This document shows positions 1-11,168 of a DNA stretch of 57,502 nucleotides, piece by piece. This stretch comes from Catajapyx aquilonaris. Taxonomy: Eukaryota. The translations under genes and the position numbers were made by a program. The notes beneath the pieces were generated by a model. The model was not told where the DNA came from. It ran no database searches and worked only from the letters and a program-made list of their open reading frames with translations. The stretch is from NCBI GenBank assembly GCA_000934665.2, contig KZ538631.1, forward strand, positions 1-57,502, read 5' to 3'. Position 1 is the first letter of the stretch. Every line of letters begins with the position of its first letter.

Positions 1-600
1 TAAATTGTTATCGCCGTGTATTTCCATGGCAGCCAAAACCATCAAAGATGGCGGACCCCGCGGACCTTGACGGCCTGCCTGTACCCTATTTACACCTCGT
101 TGACATACCACACACGTCAAGATGGCCGCCAGCCTTGGCAACAAGATAAACAGAGAGACGAAAAAAATCGAATGTTTGCGCCTCTTATGTAGTATATGCT
201 CCCTGTCCTGACTCTACAAGAACTATTTATTTACTGGTAACTAAACAACGCTGCCTGTTGACCTGTCTCAGTTGCGCCAACTGCGGCCAACAATGTACAG
301 ACCAGAAGGCCTATTTATTGACACAACCAGGTCTGTCCAGTTCCGACGGATTAGCCCTCTGGTTTGGCAGCTAGTGACCTCATGTGAAACCCTCCAGAGA
401 ACACCAGAACAGGCCTGTTTCCCACGGATGACCCTTTTTTCCCTCATTAATATTGTTACATGTGAATTGGACCTAATATCAGCAGGTGCTATTCCCGATT
501 CTCCAGAAAGTATCTCTTAGCAACGACCTGCTTATATACAAGCAGCTTGCACGATTTTTCCAATAACTGTTGGTGCCATAGAGTTGGATCACCCTGTATA

Positions 601-1078
601 GGCAGGTAGGTTATTAAAGATAATGCAAACAATTTAGGCGAATGCCCACAAGGTCAAAAGTTGTGACCTCTCGAACTCACAAGGGACACTTTCCATGGTC
701 TGACCTATTTTCTTGAAATTCAGTATATTGGTAGGCCACCCCAAGGGATGAAAGACGCACCTAAAGTGACCTGCTCAATGACCCTGTGACCCCTTTTTGG
801 GGGCTACCAATGCAACGAATTTCAAGAAAATGGGTGAGTTTTTGGCATTTAAGAGTTGACTTCTGCCCCCCCAAAAGGGGTCACCAGGTCATTTTGAGCA
901 GATCACTTTAGGTGCGTTTTTGATCCCTTGGGGTGGCCTACCAATGTACAATGTACCGAATTTCAAGAAAATCGGTGAGACCTTGGAAAGTGCCCCTTGT
1001 GAGTTCGAGAGATCATAACTTTTGACCTTGTGGGCATTCGCCTAAATTGTTTGCATTTTCTTTAATAACTTACCTGCC
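601..1078. mobile_element. Fold-back MITE with ~200-bp inverted arms, TA-flanked
   Basis: GGCAGGTAGGTTATTAAAG..GGCGAATGCCCACAAGGTCAAAAG at left is mirrored by CTTTTGACCTTGTGGGCATTCGCC..CTTTAATAACTTACCTGCC at right; TATA on both sides. Confidence 0.85.
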
Positions 1079-1233
1079 TATATTATTGTGCCAAGTTTCA
1101 TTCAGAAACCCCACAGACAACACTTCCCTTGCGAGTTCAATTTTGCACTCTGCACAAAGATCCATTGCAATTACAGCAATGCCCACTTATCATTGGATCT
1201 TTTGTTATAAATGGAATCATACAGGGCGATGAA

Positions 1234-1640
1234 GGGCCGTCCATAATCCGCGCGGACAAGTGAAGGGGGGGAGGGGGGTTGCACTTTGTCCGCTTTTGTC
1301 CGTACAGGGGGGTGGGGGTAGAAGTCAGTTGTACGCGCGGACTATAAACGTCAAATGAATATTAAGGACTCGGCCGTTTTTTTAGTCAGACCTCTCAAAT
1401 ATACCGTAACGCCTCTGAAAAAAGGAATTTGTGTGTAGATATCAAAAAATAAAAAATACCAATATATTGAAAATAACACTTTCAGTGTGGCGAATAGGGG
1501 GCAGGGGGGGGGGGGTCAAGGAGGCCATGTCCGCGCAATTTTTAGGGGGGGAGGTAAGAAATTGTCCGCTTCTGTCCGCAAAGGGGAGGGGGGGAGGTAA
1601 AAGAGTGAAAAAATCTGTCCACGCGGATTATGGACGGCCC
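1234..1640. mobile_element. MITE, PIF/Harbinger-like TIRs
   Basis: TIR GGGCCGTCCATAATCCGCG(C/T)GGACA, 24/25 match; poly-G subterminal tracts. TSD not clear. Confidence 0.8.
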
Positions 1641-1843
1641 CAATGCCCAAGTCCCCAATTCAAGAGAGGGCTGTAGGAAGAAGCAATGGCTTGTTTACCC
1701 AAGCAAAAGAAGAAATAAGTGTGCCCTTGTTTGTAACTTTGGCCTCTGACTGTGAGCAGAGGGCCAACCACCCATAACTTCTACCCTACTCTTGACCCTG
1801 TACAAGTCAAAGTCCAACTCTTAAGTTGGGTGAACCACAGTAC

Positions 1844-1905
1844 CTGGAGGCACCATTCTTCTGCTCCTTACGTGGTTTTTTCAAAATCCCATGAAGGGTA
1901 CCCAT
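1844..1905 (-). CDS. Putative first coding segment MGTLHGILKKPRKEQKNGAS of the unidentified gene (exon 1911-1844)
   Basis: caccag acceptor, CAAAATGG Kozak context, open frame to a CAG|gtactg donor. No homology recognised. Confidence 0.3.
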
Positions 1906-2145
1906 TTTGCCCTGGTGTGATTAAATGAGCACCCACAGTTGCCAGTTGTTACCATAGTTACCATTGTTACCAGATCAAGGTGCAGAATGTGTTCAGCCCA
2001 GTTCAGCCAGTTTTTATGACAGTTGCTAATTTTCTAATTTTGTTTTGTCATGAAGTATCATGCACCCAAAGTTTGTATTAATTTTGTCATTTTGCATTCT
2101 AAATGACATACAAAAAAATAACAGCATAAACCTAACGATAGGCTC

Positions 2146-2384
2146 TAGGGGGAGAGTAGCCAACTTCTGATGTCACGGTCGTCTCTGATTGGCTGGTGTA
2201 ATTTTGGACCGTTTACGTGCCCTATGGAGGCCGCCATCTTGTAGTTGTTGTGGAAAAAAAATTGCTGGCTCTGACGTCATGGTGACTACAAGATGGCGGC
2301 CTCCATAGGGCACGTAAATGGTCCAAAATTACTCCAGCCAATCAGAGACGACCGTGACATCAGAGGTTGGCTACTCTCCCCCTA
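2146..2384. mobile_element. Fold-back MITE (~100-bp arms) with YY1 and CCAAT motifs in both arms
   Basis: TAGGGGGAGAGTAGCCAAC..GCCGCCATCTTGTAGT / ACTACAAGATGGCGGC..GTTGGCTACTCTCCCCCTA; sits at the central TA of GCTCTAGAGC. Confidence 0.88.
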
Positions 2385-2520
2385 GAGCGGCAGTTCTCAG
2401 ACTGTGGGGCGCGAAGGGGGGGGGGGGGGGGGGNGGGGCGAATCCAAAAATTATGTGACTCGAAACAGGACAAAAGCCGCACTGATTAGGTAAGAACTAC
2501 TTCTCAGGGTTTACTGTATA

Positions 2521-2818
2521 TAATATTATAATAATAATTCATACCCCGTTATCAGCCTTTTTCGGCTCTTTAGGGGGGAAGTTTTTCTTTTGCCTGGAAT
2601 TCTTTGCTTTCACTTTACTGCACTTTTTGGGATGGGATAGGGACGGAAGGAAGCGGCTGTGGCCTGTTAATTACGGAAGCAATTCTCTGGAATTTTCCTG
2701 GAAGGACCGTGGTAAACCACAGAAAACCATGGTCAGAGTTGCCGGCCCCGGGGATTTGATCCCAGGACCTCCCGATTAGCAGTCGGACACCGTATGCCCT
2801 ACTCCAAACTGCTTCGGT
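2521..2818 (-). mobile_element. tRNA-derived SINE, family A
   Basis: 14-bp TSD GGGTTTACTGTATA (2507-2520 / 2819-2832); closely similar to the 9057 copy; AAT-rich tail. Confidence 0.9.
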
Positions 2819-3326
2819 GGGTTTACTGTATAGCGTGCAGTTCTACACAATTTGTGCAGTTCTACAAGCCAAATGTGCTGTTCTGAATAAGGATTTGAGC
2901 AGTCAGATAATAGCAGACAAGTCTGTTATATCCGGATTCAACTGCGCTTGGACATTGGCACTGCTGGAAATATGAGGGATCAGGGTTCGGTTCGGTCCAC
3001 AACCCTGCCTTTAACATTTGTTTCTTTGCTCACCTATATCGGCACAGGTGAATTTTTTTGGTCTACAGCATGCTAAGCTGCAGTAATGGCATGAAGTCAA
3101 TGAAAGTCCCATTTTTATGACACATGTTACCTTAAATATTCATGAATGAAATTTTTGGAATTGTGGCCAAGTTCACCCGGCCAGAAAATGTCACCCCATT
3201 TGACGGTAGCTCTTGCAGCTTTGAAATACTGTATTTGTGAAAGATTAAGTATCAGTAACCTAAACTAGGAGCCCTAAATCTTCCTTGCATAATATGTTAA
3301 ATGGTGCATGAGATGAACTCATCATA

Positions 3327-4033
3327 CACTAGACTCCCAATTATCCAGGTACAGATGGCACAGGTTTCCAGAAAACAAGTGCTGGGAAGTTAAACCCATT
3401 TTTGGGTATATTTATGGCACTGACTCCAAAACTGGCAACAGTTTTGCCACATCAGGCCTATCTGGAAGATACAGTATATCCACTTTATGTGCTTATTATA
3501 CAGGTTGTCCATTAGAATTCGGGATCCTTAATACACGGTTTGCTATTTTTGATATCATTTTCAAAATATTGACGCTAACATACTATTAAAACAACATTAT
3601 ATTACTAAATCAATTTATTTTAACCCAATAGCATGTTAAAAATCGACACGCACAAATACACCTAAAAATGGGTCTACCTTCCAAGGTACCAGAAAAATGT
3701 TTTTTTTTGTAGAGCTGTGTTATCCTTGCTGCAGATTATCCATGCATCGGCAAAAAAAGGTTAGAAATAGAAGTCTGAAAGAATGTCAATATGTCTTACA
3801 AACAAAAAAATATAGCACGACTTTTTCTAGTAGATAAATTAAAAATCAACAGTAAATTTTATTATTTTGATTAAACCTTATTTAAAGCTGCATACACTGC
3901 ACAATAGTTCCTTTAAAACCTCTGAATAGCACTTTTTACGCTATCTAGGACCATTTACTGATTATTATCAGCGTTTTCTGATTATCTGGGCATACCAGTG
4001 CATTCATTTGCGCAGATAATCGGGAGTACAGTG
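3327..4033. mobile_element. TA-flanked MITE (Tc1/mariner-pogo-like), degraded
   Basis: TIR CACTAGACTCCCAATTATC vs CACTGTACTCCCGATTATC; TA on both sides. Confidence 0.6.
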
Positions 4034-4133
4034 TAGTGGCTGTTCAAAAATTACTTTACTTGGGACATGTTGATATTGATATGGCATAAGTTCCTTTCAC
4101 GCGATTTCAAATTATCTTGCGTAATTGCACATA

Positions 4134-5207
4134 CAGGGTGAAGGGAAACTCGTGGACAATCGCCAGGTAGAATAATAGTGTAGGTAAAACTAATATAGGG
4201 ATGTGCAATTAGTTTTGGGATTCGTTGCATAGTTAATGCGTACGGCACCGTCAAAGTTTCGTGACGTCACATCTGTTCCGCCAGCTTCTAAGAATCAAAA
4301 GTTAGTTTGAGGGCCTCCGGTCCCTTTTCTTGGTCCCTTAACTGGCCTAACACATCGTCCATGTGAAAAAGGCGATCAAATCCCATCAGAGTAAGACTCC
4401 GGGTACAACACCCATGCAGTTTGTCGCTCTGGCCTCATATTCCACCCTCCGGCCAGCTACACTTTAACCCTTAACCACCATGGGGTATTTTTGTACCCCA
4501 CAATGTAGTTAATACCATCGCAATTAATAAATTTGGTATGAAATGAAAAATGGCAGGCCTATATTCCTCAGACATACTTTCTTCGATCCAAAGAAAAATT
4601 TTGACATCAGTAGAAATTTTTTTTGCCGAGTTACCGGTACTTTTCTGCTGCTAAGCGTCCCTGTGGGGTCCAGATATACCCCACGTCGTAGCCAATGTAC
4701 AAAATTTTTTAGAGAGCTCATCACAGCGCATCACAGCAAATTGTATTTTATAAAGTGTGAGTGTTGTTATTCAGCAATAAATATTGCCCAGAACAAAAAT
4801 CTTGCAGACCCTGCAGCTGGGAATGTTTACGTTATAAGTCATTACTTACGGCATCGAGCTGGAAGGCTACGAAGGTGCGATAACGGAGTCGCAAGTCCCT
4901 TATGACTCAACTAATGGTCACAGGAGATCGATATTTTTTACACATACAGATGAGAATACAGGCCGAATTTAGCGCGGAAGAATGGCTTTAGTGCTATTAA
5001 GGCAAAAAAAAAATTCAAATGAAAACCGCGTGGGGTAGGTAAAGACCCCACGTCATAGCCATTGTGTGGCAGATTCACGTTGGTGGTTAAGGGCACCGTA
5101 CGCATTAACTACACAACGGAGCCAAAAACTAATTGCACATCCCCACATTAGTTTTGCGAGTACGATAAGTTTACCTGGCGATTGTGCGCGAGTTTTCCTT
5201 CACCTTG
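4134..5207. mobile_element. TA-flanked MITE (CAGGGTGAAGGGAAAC ends), interrupted by a piggyBac-like MITE
   Basis: ~115-bp TIRs; colinear with the uninterrupted copy at 20989-21429. Confidence 0.88.
4468..5093. mobile_element. piggyBac-like MITE nested at TTAA
   Basis: Perfect 13-bp TIR CCCTTAACCACCA; left TTAA; internal GGGGT-N8-ACCCC palindromes. Confidence 0.8.
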
Positions 5208-5307
5208 TATATAGCATAGTAAAATCGGTTATGGGACACTGAAAAAGTACAAGAGATAAACACCTTCACCTACACCTACCTGCTCATTTCCACCTAATTA
5301 CCTGTAA

Positions 5308-5710
5308 GGGGTCGTCCATATACCACGTGACCGATTTTTGGCCACTTTTTGACCCCCCCCCCCCTCCCCCCAGTGACCGACCGTGGTATCCATTGGAACC
5401 CCCCTCCCCCCTTTTCACGTGTTTTTTAAATATGTCAATGTTATCAGAAAAAACGTGATCGAAATTGATAGCTCCTCACCTAAACTGTTTAAGCACGTAA
5501 AAAACATGTCTTCCCATGTTTTCGGGGTCGCTGATTTCGAATTTTAGGTTATTTTTAACTCATGTGAATCTGAAAAAGGTCTCATATGTGTTCGGAGATA
5601 CCACGTGAATTTTCGCCGGCTCCCCCCCCNNNNNNNNNNNTGACCAACCGTGGTATATCAGCAGATCCCCCCCTCCCCCCAAAATGGTCACGTGGTTTAT
5701 GGACGACCCC
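5308..5710. mobile_element. PIF/Harbinger-like MITE
   Basis: TAA TSD on both sides; TIR GGGGTCGTCCATA(T/A)ACCACGTGACC; contains a 10-N gap. Confidence 0.88.
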
Positions 5711-6429
5711 TAAGCAGGTATTACACTGCTTGGATTAAAAGAGCAACTTGCAATTTGTATGCATCCCATCAACAATTACCATTAGTCTGGCTGGTACTGT
5801 ACCTGTGCACAGGCAACTTTGATGAGTTGCTCTCCTGTTTGGAGCAAATTCTCACTAAAACAGACTGGCAACATGTTTTTGACATGATACAACCCAAATA
5901 CCTCCCTCTGAGACTAGAATGGGATGCATTCAAATTGCAATTAGTACTGAGGTGTAAGACATACTTTAGAGAATGTCTTAATATATTCTCTGTAATACCG
6001 GTAGTTGTCGAAAATTTATTAAGTTTTATCATTTGTCCAAACTTGATGACACTGACTCTGAGAAGCTCACAGTTAGGCATAATAATCTTTGGCCAATGTA
6101 TCACAATTATATCGAGGATGTTGGCTTTGAATGGCCATGTAATGTCTTTTGTTGCTTTTTTGAAAAGCATTTATGCACATCACACCTATTGGTTAGCGTG
6201 CCTTAACCTCACAAAGGTCATTTAACCTTGGTTCCATTTTCATAATTCCAATATTCATGTCATCTTGATTAGCCACTCCATCATCATGTACATAGATTGA
6301 ACATGATCATGGCAGTCACATGTATATTCCAGGCAGAGCATGAAGTTTACCTCAGGGTCGCAAGTGGATATGGTTGACAAACGTGGAGGCACTTTCACAC
6401 CTACAGCAGCATCAGAATTCTGTCTTTAA

Positions 6430-6671
6430 CCCTGGAACCGTGCCGTGGGGTCTTTTCGGACCCCAACGGAATTAAAATGCATTAAAATTACAATTACAAT
6501 CAACTTTGGCCAATTTTTTTACAGTATGTAACAGGAAGTGCATGTTTATTTTGAATTAGCGATCCTTTTAGGCATTGTTCAAAGAATGATTGTATATAGT
6601 CAATACATTGAAAGTATAAAAATTAAAATATGGCGTGGGGTCTTTTAAGACCCCACGGCACGGTTCCAGGG
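6430..6671. mobile_element. piggyBac-like MITE (242 bp)
   Basis: TTAA on both sides; perfect 25-bp TIR CCCTGGAACCGTGCCGTGGGGTCTT. Confidence 0.92.
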
Positions 6672-7056
6672 TTAATGTCAAGTTAATGCCAACACAATTG
6701 TCAACGGCGGGAAACAGGTCCACATATTCCACTGCCTCCTCCAACCCTTACGTTCTAGTTCCAGATATACAAATCTAGTACAGGTGACGAAGTGTCATTT
6801 CTGCATACGAAGTGTCCATTGCCCCATTACTGTGCGTACAAGCCAAGCAGCCAGGAAAGAAATCCTGACAATATGTTTTCCTACTTGATACTCTCTGTAA
6901 TGCATGGCACTGTGATTGCATACATAACTACAATCAAGTGAAGTACTAATTCCCTACTATTTATGACCAATCTTACACTACACATGCTGTCACTAGGCCC
7001 AGTCGTTTCTGCAATTAGCCGACATTGCCCGTATATAACTTTCTTTCTCTATTTAC

Positions 7057-7330
7057 CCTAAGAGAGCGTAGAGGGGTAAGGGAAGGCACGTCCTCCTCTG
7101 CCTCTTCCTGACCGCTGCCACCTCGCAGCCGAAGAGACGCAAGCAGAAGGACACTAAGTCGTGCAGCCCGACCCTGCCAGCATCGCTCATTCAACACTCT
7201 GGCAAACACCTCATCGTGGATAAACGGGGGACGAATCCACGATTGTGACGGGTAAAAAGGTTCTTATTTCTCACACATTTGTTCCATTTGCAGACAATGG
7301 GGCAGCCATGTTGAATCAGAACGAGATCCA
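7057..7330 (-). other. Putative first exon of an unidentified minus-strand gene
   Basis: CpG-rich patch; YY1-type CAACATGGCTGCC at 7313-7301; GG|gtaaat donor at 7057/7056. Confidence 0.4.
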
Positions 7331-7911
7331 ATCGCGGCCAGTAGACATGAAATGGACACAATATGGCGCTACACCTACTTGTAGCTGTAATTCTGCAGAC
7401 ATATGTGGGTAAAATCCGACCAATCACAATGGGCTATTCGAGTAAATTGACCTATGAGAACCTGAGGACTTTACTACTGCACCTGCCGCCAAGACGCATG
7501 CGTGATGAAGTATGCAGATTGGAGTGTCTTGTCGCTAGAGCGCGACACGATCATTTGATTTGTTTCCAACGCTGTAATTACCTTTTAACTGCTATTCAAG
7601 GTGCTGCTATTGTAGTGCGGATTATAGCTTACCTATCCCAGACTCAAATAATTCATGTCAGAACCCCAAAACATCTCTTCGCGGAAATTCGATATTACAA
7701 ATGGCATGTCTCCTGCTCCCCTCTGGTTATTGAAAACTGCAAAATGAGGTCATGTTTACACATGACATGAAAACTACCACACAAATAGGAGCTTCAACAA
7801 ACGGGGGCAAAAATGGGAGTGGGTTATTTTATGCATGTGGAATAAACAACTAGTGAAGATCAGTGACCAGAAAGGCTGCAATGCATACATGATGTGTAGC
7901 ATGAAATTTCT

Positions 7912-7917
7912 TTTATT
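7912..7917 (-). other. Probable Nxt1 polyadenylation signal (AATAAA)
   Basis: TTTATT on the + strand about 300 nt past the Nxt1 stop, in T-rich context. Confidence 0.5.
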
Positions 7918-8218
7918 TCACAAAGCCAGTTTTTTTTTTTTTAACTCAAAAGTAATAAATACAAACTCGGAAAGACACTTTTTACATCACATATTCTTCG
8001 TTCAGTTATCTGTACACGGGCAGTTTTAGAACAAATCATAGTTTTAAGTTTCACCAATCGGCGTGGCACACACCAGCCATTGGTGGGGCAATTGGTGGCC
8101 CGTTAAGTTATAAGGCTAAAAACTTCTATTAAAACTGCACATGCACAGACACTTACGTGTTCATGTGATTATTCCTGAGAAATGCTTTGAACATAACAGT
8201 AAATGCCACCAAATTATT

Positions 8219-9054
8219 TCAGGCATTCAATGGTTGCTGGAACCGGAAGTTGTCGGTCACGATCTTCCACTTGTCCCCCACGGCAGTCAGCATAAAGTTC
8301 TGCTGAAACGGCTGTAAAGCTTTGTCCTCGAAACGAACGGACCCTGCAACTGAAACCAATACTGTCGGCTGCATGCCCACAGCTTCCCCTTGAAAAATTA
8401 CAGGGTCAGAGTAAGTACTGCATAAAACAATCAGGTCAATGACATATGCCATGTCAATAACAATCAGGAATCAGATACATGTGGCTTACCATACACTGTC
8501 TGGGCATCAATGGACAAAATTGTATGGTGTGATGCTGGAAGTCCCTCAAAGAACTTCTGGATTGCCTCGTTTCCGCACGTTGGATTTCCATTCCAGTTAA
8601 GAGTTCCGTTGTCAAGAAACAATTTTGACACTTGCTGGAAATTTAAAAAAAAATTACAATGCTTTCTATTTCTGTTAAAAAGCCTCTCAACTAGCATAAT
8701 TCAACTCACGTGACGCTTTTTGTCAACACTTTCGTAGTAGTGCTTAGTGAACTCTTCTGCAGTGCTGCAGGCTTGGTGCATCCGTGCCCTGTCCTGAAAG
8801 CATGAGAAGTAATTTTCGAGATAAATTTTCTAAAATAACTAATGTATGAGTCAGCAACAGTAAAAATCAAACTACACACATGGTTTTGATGCCCAAGTGC
8901 TAGCTCTGGCACCCAAACACCACTGAACGAGACTACCTGAAGTAAGCACTGTCATTTGCCCCTCACAACCCTTCGAATCTTGGAAATTCCATGAAACTGA
9001 GGCTTCCCAGGAAGTTTATCTAGGAAGCTGAGGAAGTATGCAGAATATGTCTAC

Positions 9055-9119
<65 letters not shown>

Positions 9120-11122
9120 TCATACCCCGTTATCAGCCTTTTTCGGCTCTTTAGGGGGGAAGTTTTCTTTTGCCTGGAACTCTTTGCTTTCATTTTACTG
9201 CACTTTTTGGGATGGGATAGAGACAGAAGGAAGCGGCTGCGGCCTGTTAATTACGGAAACAACTCCGGAATTTTCCTGGAAGGACCGTGGAAAACCACAG
9301 AAAACCACGGTCAGAGTTGCCGGCCCCGGGATTCGAACCCAGGACCTCCCGATTAGCAGTCGGACGCCTTATCCACTATGCCAACCTGCTTCGGTCGAAT
9401 ATGTCTACATTTACTAATGCTGCCCTTCATAACCAAAGCTATACTGCAAACAGAACCCAGATTTTCTGAATGTCCCCTATAGTGGACACCAGAACAGTTA
9501 CTACATTTTAATTTATTGTGTTAGTTCTTCTTCTGCTAAGAGCTGGCAGTAGTCATGAGAACTTCAGTATAGACACAGCTATAAGATTCAAAATTGCTCA
9601 GTATTGCTTCAGCTTTTAAAGATGCAGGTGTTTGATGTTTACCTCAAAAAAAAAAAAAGGCTGCAGCTTCATGTTCTGAAGATGATTAGCAATTAATTGG
9701 TTAGTGTTATGAGTTATTTATTGTTCATAATACTTCGGCCAGGTTGCACCGAATGCCAGAAAATTGGTCTGGCCGAAGAAGAGCCCGGTTAGTTTGTTAT
9801 TCATTGTCGTCAATAATTCTATCAACAATGAATAACAAACTAACCGGCAAGGGTGTAGTCACTCCTCAAAAAAGTGTACACCAGCTCTCTTGAATTGCGG
9901 CTCTCCCTGGCTCTCTGAGGATTGGTGAGCCAGTAAGACCATGGGTGACCCGGTGTATACTCACTGATGAGCATATTGGTGCGACGGGAGAGCTGAGGAG
10001 GGCTGCGGCGGGCCGGGGTGGGCCGCGAAAAGCAGAGGAGAGCCGGGGTGGGCAGCAGAAAGCCAAGGAGAGCCGGTGTGAGCCGTGATGGGCTGAAGGC
10101 AAACTACGTCATATGATGAGGAATGAGGAACAAGGCGCATTTTGCCCCAGCTCTCAGCGCCTCTCCGCGGCCCATACTGGCTCTCCTCTGCTTTCCCCGG
10201 CCCTCCGCAGCTCTCCCGGCTCACCAACATGCTAATCAGTGAGTATACACCGGCTCACCCATGGTCTTACTGGCGCACCGATCCACAGAGAGCCGGGGAA
10301 ATGTGTTAACCAACCCTTTCCTCATTCAAAACTTTAGTTTCCAGATCCATTTTCTAAAATGCAAATGAATAACCCTTGGAATGCCCAGCTCTCATAAATC
10401 CTACCTCTCCCTCCCATCTGCCCGCAGTCATACCCGAGTTCACATCAGAATAATTCAACAAATAAATCAGGCAACTCATTTGTTTAATTGAAATGTTTAG
10501 GGTCACTGCAATGGAAGATTGTAAACCGCAGTTCAAGTGGTAGCCTACTGAACAATGTCATTGAAGGTTGAACTTGACACCACACCCTAACATGACAAGG
10601 CTAACATTGCAGGTTCTTTAAAAACTGAGTTTAAATTTGCACTATAAACAACTTCCACTAAATTGCGGCCATCTGAAGGAAAAGGATTTGTAAGAAAATG
10701 TATGCAGATTGAATTATTACAGAAAGGGAAGGCGAAGTGGCGCTGCGGTAACGCACGTGTCCACGGATGGAAGGGTCCCGGGTTCGATACCAAGCCCGGG
10801 CATTACCCCCTTTCATCTCATGTGGAGTTCTGTGGCATCTCTGGCTTCGTCTAGGGTGGGGTATCCGATAGACGAACCACCCGGGGGAGGTCACAAAATG
10901 TCCACAGCATAGACATTGCACTTGCACATTGCACATCCCCTCCCAGTCACCCTGCCCTTGGACCAAGGGCCAATTCTAAATTGTCAAATAATTCATGTAC
11001 CCTTGTGACAAATAAAGGTCCGTGCTCAGACAGTCTCTGAAGAGGTAAGCACTATACCCAAATAATAATAATAATAATAATTATTATTATTATTATTATC
11101 ATCATTATTATTATTATTATTA

Positions 11123-11168
<46 letters not shown>

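Noticed and set aside
5631..5640. N runs (also 54376-54391, 55919-55925 and single Ns)
   Set aside because: Assembly uncertainty at or near G/C homopolymers, not biology.
5650..6225. 191-aa and 133-aa overlapping ORFs
   Set aside because: The longer one starts inside a MITE; no recognisable domain or convincing splice context.
9964..9986. CTGATGA-GCA...TGC-GACG hammerhead-like core
   Set aside because: Lacks GAAA; explained as part of a fold-back arm.
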